Below are positions 24,215 to 37,835 of a stretch of 64,000 bases of DNA, in pieces (within the stretch, counting starts at the first letter, position 1; every line of letters begins with the position of its first letter). Under the pieces are notes generated by a model, which ran no database searches, had not been told where the DNA came from, and worked only from the letters and a program-made list of their open reading frames with translations. The translations under genes were made by a program, and so were the position numbers. The DNA is from Cycas panzhihuaensis. Taxonomy: Eukaryota; Plantae; Cycadophyta. The stretch covers positions 217,131,741 through 217,195,740 of the forward strand of contig CM041465.1 in assembly GCA_023213395.1 (NCBI GenBank). The letters are read 5' to 3'.

Positions 24215-26900
24215 TGTGTATATGGTGCAAAATATGAGCCCACAACAACCAGTGATACCCATATAATAGGAAAAGATAGAAAGGACCACTTTCACATACC
24301 CCCACTGAAATTTAAATATTATGAACAATGATCCATGCTCAACACAACCTTTGTTTGCCAAATAATATTGCTTCCGCAATTAGATTTAAAACCTACATGC
24401 TCCACATGTTTCAAAACTCATCTTTTGCAGTCTTTGGGATGATTGTACCTTGCTCAACAATATCTAGGCAACAACAAATCCCCTAAAAATATAAATTTTC
24501 ATGGAAAAATATAGAAATGACTATGTATGTTGGCTTTTGAAAGGTAAGTCTTAATAAAATTTATGAAAAATGACTAAAATTTCGGTCAAAATGATGAATT
24601 TTAATCCAAAAAACACCAAATGTCAAATTTGTAATGGTTTCCCTCCAATTTTAATTCCAATTTATTTTTTTTTAAGAGGGTACATTCTTCAAATTGGTGA
24701 TTGTCTTGTTTTTCACCCGTCTGCCCTTATTTATTTATATGCCTTTTAAAAACGTGATAAAAATATAAATTAAATCATAACATTCATGTATTAATATTAC
24801 TAACTTTAATATACATCAAATAATTCTTAATTTGATTGGTGGTGGATAAAATTGAATCAATGATGGCAATTCATATGGTGGCGCAACACTTATAACAGGT
24901 GTGTCTCCTGTGGGTTTCCACAACCAACGAACAACTTAAAAATATTAAGTGTAATATTTAATATTGTGTTAATATAATGTTAGATCTCCCCCAAAATTTT
25001 CAAGTAATATTAAATTATGTCATTAAGGTGTGCACATGTACATGCGTGCTCATGTATTGTCCTAGTAGTGGACATAATGTTTTTCATATTTGATTGGTGA
25101 ATTGTGAAGTGACTATGTACTATAAGTATGTATTCATAGTTAATACAATAATCGAATATGATCATTTCCTACTAGTTTTATTGTCTTATGTGTTTATATA
25201 TATTTCATTCTTTATTTTGTTTATTGTTTGCATCTTTAATTACTTCATCTTGTTTTTACTTTTTGTTATAATGTTAAATCCTACATGGTATCAAAGATGT
25301 TCTAAGCTCATTATATTTTTTTTCTACATGGTATTACAATGGGTTAGGGTTTAAATATTAGAAGATTGAAGAGACCTTATGTAAGAGACTTCAATCAAGG
25401 ATTCAGAGAATCATAGTTGAAGATATGATTTTGTGAAGGTACCAAAAATAGTCAATTGAATTAGGAACCAATTAGGTTTAGTGTTAGGAGTGACTAGATT
25501 ATTTGCAAGAAATTTTTGAGAGTCACAACTATACCAAGGGTTTGTGTAATTATGAGAGTTTTGTTAAACCTTATGTTTACATGTTAAGTATACTTACTTT
25601 ATTTTTCATATATATTTATACTTTATGGGGTGACTTATCACTTAAGTGACAAAGTACACATTCACATTCTTTTCTAGTGACATAACATTGTGACTTAAGG
25701 GTCAAAATGACCCTTATGTATCTTTGCTTACTTAAGAGCCCAAAAGGACACATGTCCTATTTACAAATGATGTAGCTTGGATGCTTGACACTTGTCAAGT
25801 ATCTAGCACCTTAGGTCTCTTCTGTAACTCTATATATTGAGACTACTTCTCATGTATCTCATATAGAATGTGAGTGCTATTATTATTCTATACGTTTGCT
25901 AATCAAATTGCTATTCATTTGGAGATTAGACCAATTCCATCTCCTCCATATTTTAGTATCATCTTGCTTATGCTATTTCATACTTTGGTCTATTGTCTTT
26001 CTTATTTTGAGTAGCTTTCATTATTCATGACGATCTTCTTTATTCTAGAACTAGATTAGAACATCTTTCTAGATCTTAGTTAATTTAGGCTAAATGCCAT
26101 TTTTACCATTTGGTATCAGAGCAGTAGAAGGGTGTTATTCTCTATTCTTATTTCTTGATTTCATAAGATCTAGTTAGGGTTTACAAACCCTTGGTGATGA
26201 CCTTTGCACTCCAAAGGTGATCTAAGATTTGTTTAGCCTTCTTTTTCAACAGATTCAAGTTTTTTGAAGCTACTTGTAGGTTAGAGCAAACTTATTTTAA
26301 GATCTGATTTTTTTTATTTTTAGACGGTTATACAAGGCACAACACTCACTATTATAAAAAATAGTAATTTTGTCTTATCTTTCTTTAAAAAAAAAAATTC
26401 TATAGGAAAAAAGAGTAGATCTGAGGGATCTGTCTACTTTGTGACTGAAAATCAGTGTTTTGGATACTATTTCTAGACAACAACTAATTTGTTGCTGTTT
26501 TTTAACTATGTTGGGCAAATTTATTACTACTTTTTAGTGATTCTATTTTAAAAACAATGATTTTCTGTGATTTTTTCTTTAGAAAAAATTAATTTATGTA
26601 AATTTAAGGCAGATCTTAAGAGTTTGTATGTGTTTTTGACTGAAAATTGGTCCTTTAGTCACTCCATTCAGTCTGCACTTGAGTTTTCACTATTCTGGGC
26701 CATTTTTCTACTTGTAGGACAATTTTTCTTAACAAAAATTAATCATTTCTTTTAAATATAGCTCGCTGGCCACTATCTGTCACTTATTGCAGGTGTGACA
26801 AGTGTTAAAAAGAAGATTTTGGAAGCAGAAGAGAAGGGTTTTAAACCCTAGCTGAATTATATGGTTGAGTTTTCTCTCCGTTGGTCGTGCACCATTCAAA

Positions 26901-27190
26901 AAATTCATTTGGTTTGTTCTCGCTCCACAGTGCATAGAAATTCATGAAAATTTAGAACCTTTGTAAGGGTAATATTAAGCTTCCCTTGAAGTTTCATCTC
27001 GATCAAAGCATTGTAGAGGCCGTACAAAGCAAATCCACCTCTATAACCCATGCCCCTTCCAAAATTTCATTCAGTTCGTTCTCACTCTATACTTAACGAA
27101 AGCTCATGAAATTTTAGAGGGTCTTTCGTTGAGGTAATGTTAAGATCTATCTAAAATTTCATCCAAATATGATCACTCTATGGCCCGTAC
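26901..27190 (+). repeat. Two diverged ~125-bp direct repeats (period ~160 bp) in the F leader
   Basis: aattcatt..gttctc.ctc..tcatgaaa.tttaga..ggtaat.ttaag..tttcatc..ccgtac at ~26901-27025 and ~27062-27190. Confidence 0.7.
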
Positions 27191-27581
27191 CATTGGCCTA
27201 AGCACTTTTAAAGTTGCATAGTCGCCCTAAACATTTTATTAAAAAAAAAAAATGAAGTTTAGAACTTTATAAATCAACTTTAGTTTATGTAATTTAGAAT
27301 ATTCAAAAGAATATTCTCTTTTTAATAAACTTGAAGTTATAAAATTTTATGATTTTAAGTGATTTTGATGATTTTCAATCACTTTTAAAGGAAAAAATAG
27401 CATTTTTCAATATTTTGAGTTAATTAACACTTAGTAAATTCTATACTAGTGTTATTTTACTCACTTTGAGTGATTTTATGCCTTATTATCATTTAAAAGT
27501 GAAAAATTTCACTTATTTAAGTATTTTTTTTAAGGCTCCCTGCGTGGAAACCAAGTAATTAATTAAAAAATAAGTCAAAAT

Positions 27582-30500
27582 TGTTGGATATTGTGACAAC
27601 AATATTTTGGGGTTAAATTTTGGCATGTTTTCGGCGCAGTTTCACCCTCTAATTTTTCTCGGGGGTTCCAAGGGGGGTGGGAGCCCCCCTTGGCTGGGGG
27701 GTGTGGGGGGCGTGGAACGACCCCTACTAAGAGGGGGTTCGGGGGCGATAGCCCCTAACCCGAAAAATTAGTCCTGTAAACCTTATTAAATTGTAAAGAG
27801 AATCATGGTTGTTAGATACAAATACCCTATATTCTAAGGCTGAGATCTATGCCTTAGATGTCCCTCTCATGTAGCCCGTTTTAGGGCTTTTCTTATTATG
27901 TTGTATGTAATGTAATATACAGTGATGAAGGCGGCGACCGGTTGTTGTTCTTGAGAGTACTCTGCTACTGAGATGCACTGTTTCTCCATTCTATAGCAAT
28001 AAAGACTGATACCTTTCCTGTGTGGATGTTTCCCTAGCACACTGCTAGGGTTTTACCATATTATATCAGGTGCATATGTGATGTTTAGCTTGTATATTGA
28101 TGTTATTGTATTATCTCTAATTTTAGAACTTGCATATTAAATCTTAGTTTTGATTCCTGTAACTAGTTGCAAAATAGTTTAGATCTTGTCGTAGTTTAAG
28201 GTTTGGGACCTTGTATTCTCAACAAGTGGTATCCGAGCCACCTTTTATTTTGTAGCGAGTCTGTGAAGGTTTTGGTGTCGACTTTTCTATACCAAAATGG
28301 CAAAACTAGCAAGTGCAAAGTTCGAGGTGGAGAAACTCAATGGCAAGAATAACTTCAAGTTGTGGAAGTTAAAAGTGCATGATATTCTTGTACAGCAGGG
28401 TTTGTACAAAGCCCTTGTAGGTAAATCGAAGAAACCCGCAGGGATGGACGATGATGATTGGGATGACTTAGAAAAAAAGGCACTTAGCACTATACGATTG
28501 CGCTTGGCAGATGAAATCTTGTTTAACATCGCAAGGGAAAAGATAACAGCAAGATTATGGACTCGGTTGGAAGGCCTGTATATGACCAAATAAGTAATGA
28601 ATCGAATCTACCTGAAGAGGCAACTGTAGTCGTTATGGATGAAGGAAGGTAAAAAAATTATTGACTATTTAAATGTTTTCAATACTCTTATTTTTCAGTT
28701 GACTACTATCTATGTTAAAATTGAGGATGAGGACAAGGCTATTACCTTGTTATCCTCATTACCTGAATCCTGGGATAATATTGTCACCTCAATTAGTTTT
28801 AATACTATAGATGCATTGGATTGTGATTCTGTTGTGAGTGCTTTGCTAATGGAAGAAGTTCAGGGGAAATCTAGTTTTGAAACCTCCACACCAGAAGCCA
28901 TGACAGTAAGGGGTAGAACATTTGAGAGAGGACAAAATTCTAGGGATACATCGAGGTCCAAATCAAAGAGTAAAAAGAGTAAGCTCAGGTGTTGGTATTG
29001 TAATAAGACCAGTCACCTTAAGAAGGATTGTTAAAAAAGGAAGGAGTTCCAGAAAAAGGAAGATCCTACCAAGGAGGCGAATTAGGTGGAGTCAAATCAA
29101 GGTATGGATGATGATGTCTTGGTCGCTTGTAATGTTTCTCATTACCACCATGACTGGTTATTAGATTTAGGTGCTTCATACCACATATGTCCACACAAGA
29201 GTTGGTTCTCATCATACCAACCTCTTGATGATGGTGATGTGCTTATGGGAAATGAAGTTTCTTGTAAGACAGTGGGCATTGGTAGCATCAGAATTAAGAT
29301 GTTCAATGGGGTAGTTAGAACATTAACTGAGGTTAAACATGTACCTAATTTGAAAAGGAATCTGATTTGCTTGGGTGAATTAGATTCGGGTGATTTTAAG
29401 CATACAGGTCATGAAGAAGTCCTAAAGGTGTCAAAGGGTGCCTTGGTTATTTTGAAAGCCTTAAAGAAAGGAAATCTTTACATTTTAGTGGGAAGTATAG
29501 ATGTCAGCCAAGCAGCTACAACATCAAAGACTGCAAAAAATCCAGCTCAGTTATGGCATCAGATACTTGGGCACATGAGTGAGAGAGGACTTAAGGTATT
29601 GATAAACTGTAAGTTGCTTCCTAACTTGCAGCTTTCAGATTTGGCTTTCTGTAAACATTATAATTTTGGAAAGCAATGTAGACTCAGGTTTAAAGTAGGG
29701 AGTCACACTAGTAAAGGCATTTTAGATTACATACATTCAGATGTATGGGGACCAACCCCTAAAATATCTTGTGGAGGATCTTTGTATTATGTCACATTTA
29801 TAGATGATTACTCTAGGAAGGTATGGGTTTATTTTTTGAAAAGGAAATCTGAAGTTTTCAGTGTGTTTAAGTAATTTAAGGCTTTAGTTGAGAACAATAC
29901 TGGTAAGACAATCAAATGTTTAAGAACCGACAATGGAGGTGAGTTCAACTCCTTGGAGTTTGAGAACTATTACAGAGAAGTTGAGATTAAAAGACACAAG
30001 ACCACTAGCTATACTCCACAGCAAAATGGTATTGCTAAGTGCATGAATAGGACACTCTTAGAAAGAGCAAGAATCATGCTAAGTAATGCAGGAGTGGAGC
30101 AGGGCTTGTGGGCAGAAGTTGTTCAAACAACTTGCTATCTGGTAAACATGTCGCCATTATTTGTAATAGATTACAAATTTAAAAGTTTTTGGTTGTGATG
30201 CTTATGCCTAGATTGACAAAAGTAAACATTCAAAGTTAGACCCAAAATTCAAGAGGTATATCTTTGTTGGTTATGGTGATAAGGATGGTGTGAAGGGATA
30301 CAAGTTGTGGGATCCTACTGCCCACAAAATCACCATTAACAGAGATGTTGTATTTAATGAATCTCCCCTTCTAAAATCAGACAGTGGAGAAGTTGAAATG
30401 AAACAGGAGCAGAAAGATGAACAGCAACATGTCAAGTTTGAAACCCAGTCATTTTTGGAATCAGAAGAGCAAGAAGATCTTTTTAAAGATGAATCTATAA

Positions 30501-32870
30501 TAGATTTACAGGAGTATGTGGATACTCCTCTACCAACAGTTAGAAGATTTATACGAGTCAGTCATCCACTTGACAGGTACAACCTGTCTACTTTTATTAC
30601 TTTGGTTTCTAATGATGGTGAGCCTACATGTTATCAAGAAGTAGTAGATGATGTCTATAGTGAGAAGCGGAAGAGGGCTATGCAGGAAGAGATAGATGCA
30701 TTGAAGAAAAATAATTCATGGGGCTTGGTAGAAATTCCACATGGCAAGAGGACTGTTGGTTGCAGGTGGGTTTTTAAGATAAAAATAGATGTTGATGGAA
30801 AAGTTGACAAATACAGGGCAAGATTGGTGGCTAAAGGCTGTGTGCAGAAAGTAGGTATTGACTTTCATGAGATCTTTTCCCCAGTCATCAAACTTGTTTT
30901 AATTTGAGTGCTGTTAGTATTAGTAGCTTCTCTTGATTTGGAGTTAGAGTAGTTAGATGTAAAAATAACTTTTCTACATGGAGATTTAGATGAGGAGATT
31001 TATATGGATCCACCAGAAGGGTTTGTACAGGATGGCAGAAAAAAACTTGTTTGCAGGCTCAGGAAATCATTGCATGGCTTAAAGTAATCATCTAGGCAGT
31101 GGTACAAGAAGTTTGATGCCTTCATAGAGAGCCAAAATTTTAAAAGAAGTGAGTATGATCATTGTGTTTATTTTAAATTTATAGACAATGGCTTATTTAT
31201 TATCTTAGTATTATATGTTGATGATATGTTAGTTGCAAGCAAGAGCATGGAAGAAATCAATAAGCTAAAGGTTCAATTGGCTAGGACTTTTGATATGAAG
31301 GATCTAGGAGTTGCAAAATAAATCTTAGGCATGGAGATACACAGAGACAGGAAAAATGGTAATCTATGGTTATCACAGCAGAAATATGTGGAGAAGGTAC
31401 TAACCAGGTTTAGTATGGCAAATGTGAAACCAATGAGTATCCCATTGGCTTCCCACTTCAAGCTTTCTTTGAATATGAGTCCTAGTAATGAAGAAGAAAT
31501 GTTTATATGTCTCGTGTGCCTTATGCCAGTGCAGTAGGAAGTTTGATGTATGCCATAGTATGTACAAGACCTGATATTTCACATGCAGTTGGTGTAGTTA
31601 GCAGGTTTATGGCAAATCCAGAGAAAAAACATTAGGCTGCAGTGAAATAGGTGCTTCGGTATTTGAGAGGCATAAGTGACTACTGCATTACCTTTAGAGG
31701 TACATGTAATAAGGGTTGTGGATATGTCGATTCAGACTTTGCAGGAGATTTAGACAAAAGAAGGTCTACTTCAAGTTATGTTTTCACTCTTGCAAATGGT
31801 CCAGTTAGTTGGATGTCCAAATTGTAGAGCACAATTACACTGTCAACTATGGAAGTTGAATATGTTGCTGTAACACATGCTTGTAAAGAAGCAATATGAT
31901 TACAGGGTCTATTGGTTGAGCTTGGAAGGAGACATGAAAATGTAAAGGTATTTTGTGATAGTCAAAGTGCCATTTACTTAGCCAAGAATCCAGCTTATCA
32001 CAGTAGAACAAAGCATATTACTTTGAAGTACCATTTTGTTAGGCAGGTTGTGGAAGCAAGTGGAGTGGCACTTGAGAAGATTCACACCAATCAGAATTAT
32101 GCTGATATATTCACAAAACTAGTACCATTAGAGAAATTCAAATGGTGTTTGACTTCTCTTGGCTTGTAGAAAAGATGATGAAGGATCTAGGAAAGGTACT
32201 AGATAAATTGTTGTCAAGGTGGTGATTGTTACATATTGTGACAACAATATTTTGGGGTTAAATTTTGGCATGTTTTCGGCGTGGTTTCTCCCCCTAATCT
32301 TTCTCAAGGAGTTCCAAGGGGGATGGGAGCCCCCCTTAGCTAGGGGGTGCGGGGGGCATGGAACGCCCCCTGCTAAGAGGGGGTTCAGAGTTGATAGCCC
32401 CCAACCCAAAAAATTAGCCCTGTAAACCTTATTAAATTGTAAAGAGAATCAGGGTCGTTCGATACAAATACCCTAGATTCTAAGGTTGAGATTTATGCCT
32501 TGGATGTTCCTCTCATGTAGTCCGTTTTAGGGTTTTTTTTATTATGTTGTATGTAATGTAATATACAGTGATGAGGGCGGAGGCTGGTTGTTGTTCTTAA
32601 GAGCACTCTGCTATTGAGATGTACTGTTTCTCCATTCTACAACAATAAAGATCGATACATTTCCTGTGTGGGTGTTTCCCTAGCACACTGCTAGGGTTTT
32701 ACCATGTTATATCGAGTGCATATGTGATGTTTAGCTTGTATATTGATGTTATTGTATTATCTCTGATTTTAGAACTTGCATGTTAAATCTTAGTTTCGAT
32801 TCCTGTAACTAGTTACAAAATAGTTCAGATCTTGTCACGGTTTAAGGTTTGGGACCTTGTATTCTCAACA
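27582..32870 (+). mobile_element. Element H: Ty1/copia retrotransposon, Tork/Tnt1-like; the best-preserved element in the window
   Basis: LTRs at 27582-28224 and 32227-32870 (~644 bp). PBS tggtatccgagcc at 28227-28239. PPT aaggtggtgat. Perfect TSD aaaat/aaaat. Confidence 0.97.
28297..32169 (+). pseudogene. gag-pol: Element H gag-pol polyprotein with premature stops and a few frameshifts
   Basis: FEVEKLNGKNNFKLWK (Tnt1-like gag); CWYCNKTSHLKKDC; WLLDLGASYHI (PR); LDYIHSDVWGP and TPQQNG (INT); LYVDDML (RT); CDSQSAIYLAKNPAYHSRTKHI (RNase H). Confidence 0.97.
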
Positions 32871-33658
32871 AAAATTAAAATTTTAAATAAAAAATTACTT
32901 TTTTTTCTTAACTGGTTAGGACTATTTAAAGTCTTAACACTTGGTTGTATGTATTTACATTTGCAAAATGACTCATTCTCATCTTCGAGTGGTCATTCTT
33001 TATTAAAAATAAACCCACATGTTACATCACATTAAGCGAAAAATTTACATTTCACTTAATTTCTTTAAACACTTTGTTTATCTTTTTAAAATGCCATTGT
33101 AAAACACATTTCATGTTATTTCTTGATGTATTTTACTTCATTTTGAAGCCTATTGTAAGCTAATTTATAAAGCATTCTTTCATAAGTACATCTACCAAGT
33201 AAAAGTAACCTAACGTCTACTTAAATATCTTTAAAATTTGATGGGAGAGGTCTGAAAAATATTGAAACCTTGTATCTGAAATAACCTTAAGCTTAGTGTA
33301 TTCCCTAGGGGATCAACCGACCGTATAGTTAGTGCATGACAATTAAGGTTTCTTGAAGAAAAGGAGGTTAAAAAATGGTGTTATTGGGGTTGTAAATCTT
33401 AGGGAAAGTATGGTACGCCCTGCAGATCAACCCTACATGCATTGTTCTAGATTTGAGTTGGTCAATCGTTGGATCTGCTTTATAGATCATGGTTGGACCA
33501 ACTCTTTTGCCTAGTCCTCCACCCCTCATCATTCCTTTCAGTTGTTGGATCTTTTAGTAAGACCAGTACTATTGGCTTGTTAGAAGGTGGAACTTAAACG
33601 ACGAAAGCATAGAGTTTCCAAGTTCATCTGCTAACTTCAAGAGTTTACAAACTTCAAC

Positions 33659-36600
33659 ATGACTGCTTTAAACATGCTCAATGCATGTACCATAAAATTG
33701 ACAAGACACAATAATTATCAAGAATGGAAAATGCAAATTCAAAATCTCATAATAATGAATGAGTTTTGGGAATATGTTTATAGAAAGATCTCTCAACCTG
33801 TGCCTGTGTAAAGCGAGACTGATGAGAATGTCACTATTCATCTAGATCTAGTTTATGTTGCTACTTGGGAATCTAAGGATGAAATTGCCTTGGTTTTTTT
33901 GCACATGATTATTGATGTACATGTTGATCAAAGTATTGTGTGTGCAAAAACTTCAAAGGAAGCTTGAATACTTTGTTTTCATTTTATGAAAGGTGAGATG
34001 AAGCTCGCATTATGATGTTGAAAGTCAAACTTTACTCTTTAAAATTTGTAAAGTCTATGTCGGCATTTTTTTCTTTCATAAAAAAGATTTGTAATGAATT
34101 GAATACATTAGACAAACCAACTTCCAGAGACGAGCTTATGATGATAATCGTGCATACATTTCCTAAAGATTACAATGGATTCATTTCATCCATTACTCAG
34201 AATGACTCACTTTCAACTATAAATTTTAATCAACTTGAAAGTTTGTTACTTCAGGAGGAGAAAATCTACTTTAGGGAAGATGATGATCCATCTACATCAA
34301 GAGCATTCACAACTAAATTAAAGGTCAAACAAGGTCCCAAACGTTCATTCACAAAATAATTTGGAAACATAAACATTGGCTCATCAAAAGCCAATGTTAT
34401 TTATCATTATTGTGGAAAGGTTGGTCACATAGCTTTTAAATGTAGAAAGAAGTAAGTTAATCTCTAGCGGTAGAGACAAAAATAACCACGCCAAGAAGAA
34501 TGTAAGTAGTAGTAGTGTCGCTAATGGCCCAGTAGTAGAAACATTTTCAGCAACAACAATAGCAGCAACCACTTTGACCAAATCAAGGTGCTTATTAAGG
34601 AGGTCAAAGAGGAATGGGGGGTTTTAGAGGTGGCAATCAACGCCACTCAAATCAGTTTACGGATGAGGATAAGCTCTTTTGTGCTTATCACATGTCAGAT
34701 GTTGATTAGACATAGATCATCGACTCGAGGGTATCTCGTTATATGACTGGGAGTGAATAACTTCTTTATGACATCAAAGAATGAAAGGGTTAATCAGTAA
34801 CCTTTAGCAACAATGAATCTGTTCAGATATCAGGTATAGGCAAAATTGCCTCATTCCATTCACCTTCAAATATTTCTTCAACATTTCCTACTAGAGATGC
34901 CTACTTTATTCCTTCCATGGAAAAAAATCTACTGTATGTTAGCCAATTAGACAAGCAATAGATGAACATTTTGTTTAAAAGTGGAAAATGCATTATTAGT
35001 AACAAGTATGATCATGTGGTGGCTATTAGTCATGAAGACCATGGACTTTATAAGATAGATGCAGATAATACCACACTTAATTTTGCTTACTCTGTCACTC
35101 AATCAATGTAAAAGATGTAGCTTTGGCATCAACGTCTAGGCCACTTAAGCTTAGACAACATTAAGATGATGATGAATAAAAACATAGTGCATGGGCTTTT
35201 AAGAATTTATGGATTAAAATGTCTTTGTAAAGCTTGTATAATGGGGACACAATATTAACAACATTTTCCTAAAAGCAAAGCGTGGCATGCATCACATCTC
35301 TTGCAGCTAATTCATTCAGATTTATGTGGACTTATATCCACGACATCTTTTAGAAGGGCATTGTACTACATCTCTTTCGTAGATGATTTTTCACACAAAG
35401 TTTGGGTGTATTTTATATCTAACAAAAATTTGAAGCATTTCAGAAGTTCGAAGAATTCAAACTTAAAGTGGAGAATAAATTTGGCCACTCAATCAAGACT
35501 CTAAGGTCAGATACTGGAAGTGAATTTACTTCAAATGAATTCATCCAATTCTATAAGGATAATGACATTTAAAGACAACTCACAATTCCTCATACTCTTC
35601 AACAAAATGGAGTCTCCAAACGAATGAACATAACTTTGGCAAACAAAGTCAAAGTCATGATGCATGTAAAAGGAGCATATTAGGCAGAAGCATTCTACAC
35701 AGCTGCCTATATGGCAAATCAAAATCCTACATCAGTAATCACCAACATCACACCAGAGGAAGATTGCTCTGGCAAAAAGCCTACCGTTAGCCATTTGAGG
35801 ACTTTTGGGTGTACTGTATATATGCACATCCCTGATCAACAAAGATCCAAATTAGATAAACATAGTTTAAAATGTATTTTTGTAGGCTATGCCATTCATA
35901 ATAAGGCATACAAATTGTATGATCTTGTTGGTAAGAAAATGTATCTCTCAAGAGATAATATTTACTGAAGATGAACACAAGGAGTTGGAATCAACATCCA
36001 TCAAACCTCCTCTTGATAAGGTCAAAAAGATTGTTGAGGATTTCCTTCCTTCTCAATCTTCCATACCATGTACATCATCTGCACTGACTGTTCCTTCTAC
36101 ATGATCATAATCTATACCACTTCATCCCAAAACCTCTTCTGTTGATTAACCACTCTGACAAGAAGATATTGATATTCAAGTTACATCAGTCGAGAAGTTG
36201 CCCAAATAGTATACTCAAACTGTTCAGGACAACTAAATTATTGAAGGAAAATGTCTATCAAAATATCGACGACAAACCAATTATGCACTTATGACTGAAG
36301 TGTTATGTGTTAATGAGCCTTCCACTTTTGATGAGACATATGAAAATAAAAATTGGAAGGCTGCCATAGATGAAGAAATCCATTCTATTGAGAAAAATGG
36401 AATTTGGAATTTGCTAGAATTATTTAAGCACAAATAGATAATTGATTGCAAGTGGATTTACAAAACTAAATTTTACTCTTATAGGACACTTAAGTGCCAA
36501 AAGACATGACTTATTACAAATGGCTTTAAATAAAAAGAAGGCATTGATTATGATGAGACCTTTGTACCTATTGCAAATATGAACACTATTTGACTCATTT

Positions 36601-37835
36601 TGGTCTTAATTGTTCAATGGAAATGGTCAGTTTACCAAATAGATGTGAAGAGAACTTTCTTCCATGGTGATTTTTAAGAGGAGGTATATTTGGAACAACC
36701 TCTTGGTTACAAAGTACAAGGCAATGAGTACATGGTTTATTGCCTTAAAAAGGATCTGTATGGCTTGAAACAAGCCCCTGGAGCATGGTACTCTAAAATC
36801 GATGATTATTTTTTGAGACATGGATATCGCCGATCCATATTAGATCCTAAGTTATACATTAAAGTTGGGAAGGACTATGCAATTTTTATTGTCTTATACA
36901 TTGATAACCTAATGATCACTAGTAATGACACTAAGATGATTTAGATTCTTTAAGGTGACTTAAAGAGAAGTTTTGAGATAATAGATCTTGGACTTCTCCA
37001 TTATTTTTTGGGCTTTGAGGTATGGCAATAACCATGCGATATCTTCATTTCCCAAGCAAAATTTTTTTGGGATATTTTGTAGTGGTTCAGGATGCAAGAC
37101 TGTAAACCAATTTCTATGCCTATGGAGAATGGAACAAAGCTAACTCTCAATGAGGAAGTTGAACCTACATATCCCACTCTTTTCCGGCAACTAGTTGGCA
37201 GCCTAATTTACCTCACTAACACTATATCAAACATTTCATTTGCTATTGGGATTTGCTCTAGATACATGTCTCACCCTAATCAGAAACATTAGAATACAAC
37301 TAAACACATACTGAAATACATCAAAGGCATATTGCAGCATGGCCTTTAGTATGTATACAATGAGAACTTCATCTTGGAAGGGTTCTCAGATTCTGATTGG
37401 GTAAGATGCCAAGATAGTTGCAGATCAACTTCAGCTTATTACTTTACCCTTGGTTCTGGAGTCATTTCGTAGAGTTGCAAGAAGCAACCCAATGTTACCT
37501 TGTCATGCGCGGAAGCAGAGAACAAAGCCATAATCAACGTAGCTTATGAAGCTATCTGGCTTCAATGGATTTTTAGAGAGCTTGGACTTGAGTAGAATCA
37601 CTCCACCGGGTTGTATTACGACAATTAAAGCGTGCTCAAGTTGACCAAGAACCCTGTTTTTCATGCACAGACTAAACACATAGAGGTTCATCACCATTTC
37701 ATCAGAGAGCATGTGCAGAATGGTGACATCAACCTCTATTACAGACCTACAAAGTAGTAGATAACATATATCTTTAATAAGCCTCTTGGTAGAAAAAAGT
37801 TTATAAAATTCAGAGAAGGTCTAGGGATCCAACTT
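33659..37835 (+). pseudogene. gag-pol: Element F gag-pol, pseudogenised
   Basis: LTRHNNYQEWKMQIQ (gag); LIHSDLCG..SFVDDFSHKVWVYF (INT); EQPLGY..YGLKQAPGAWY..LYIDNL (RT); HAQTKHIEVHHHFIRE (RNase H). Confidence 0.92.
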
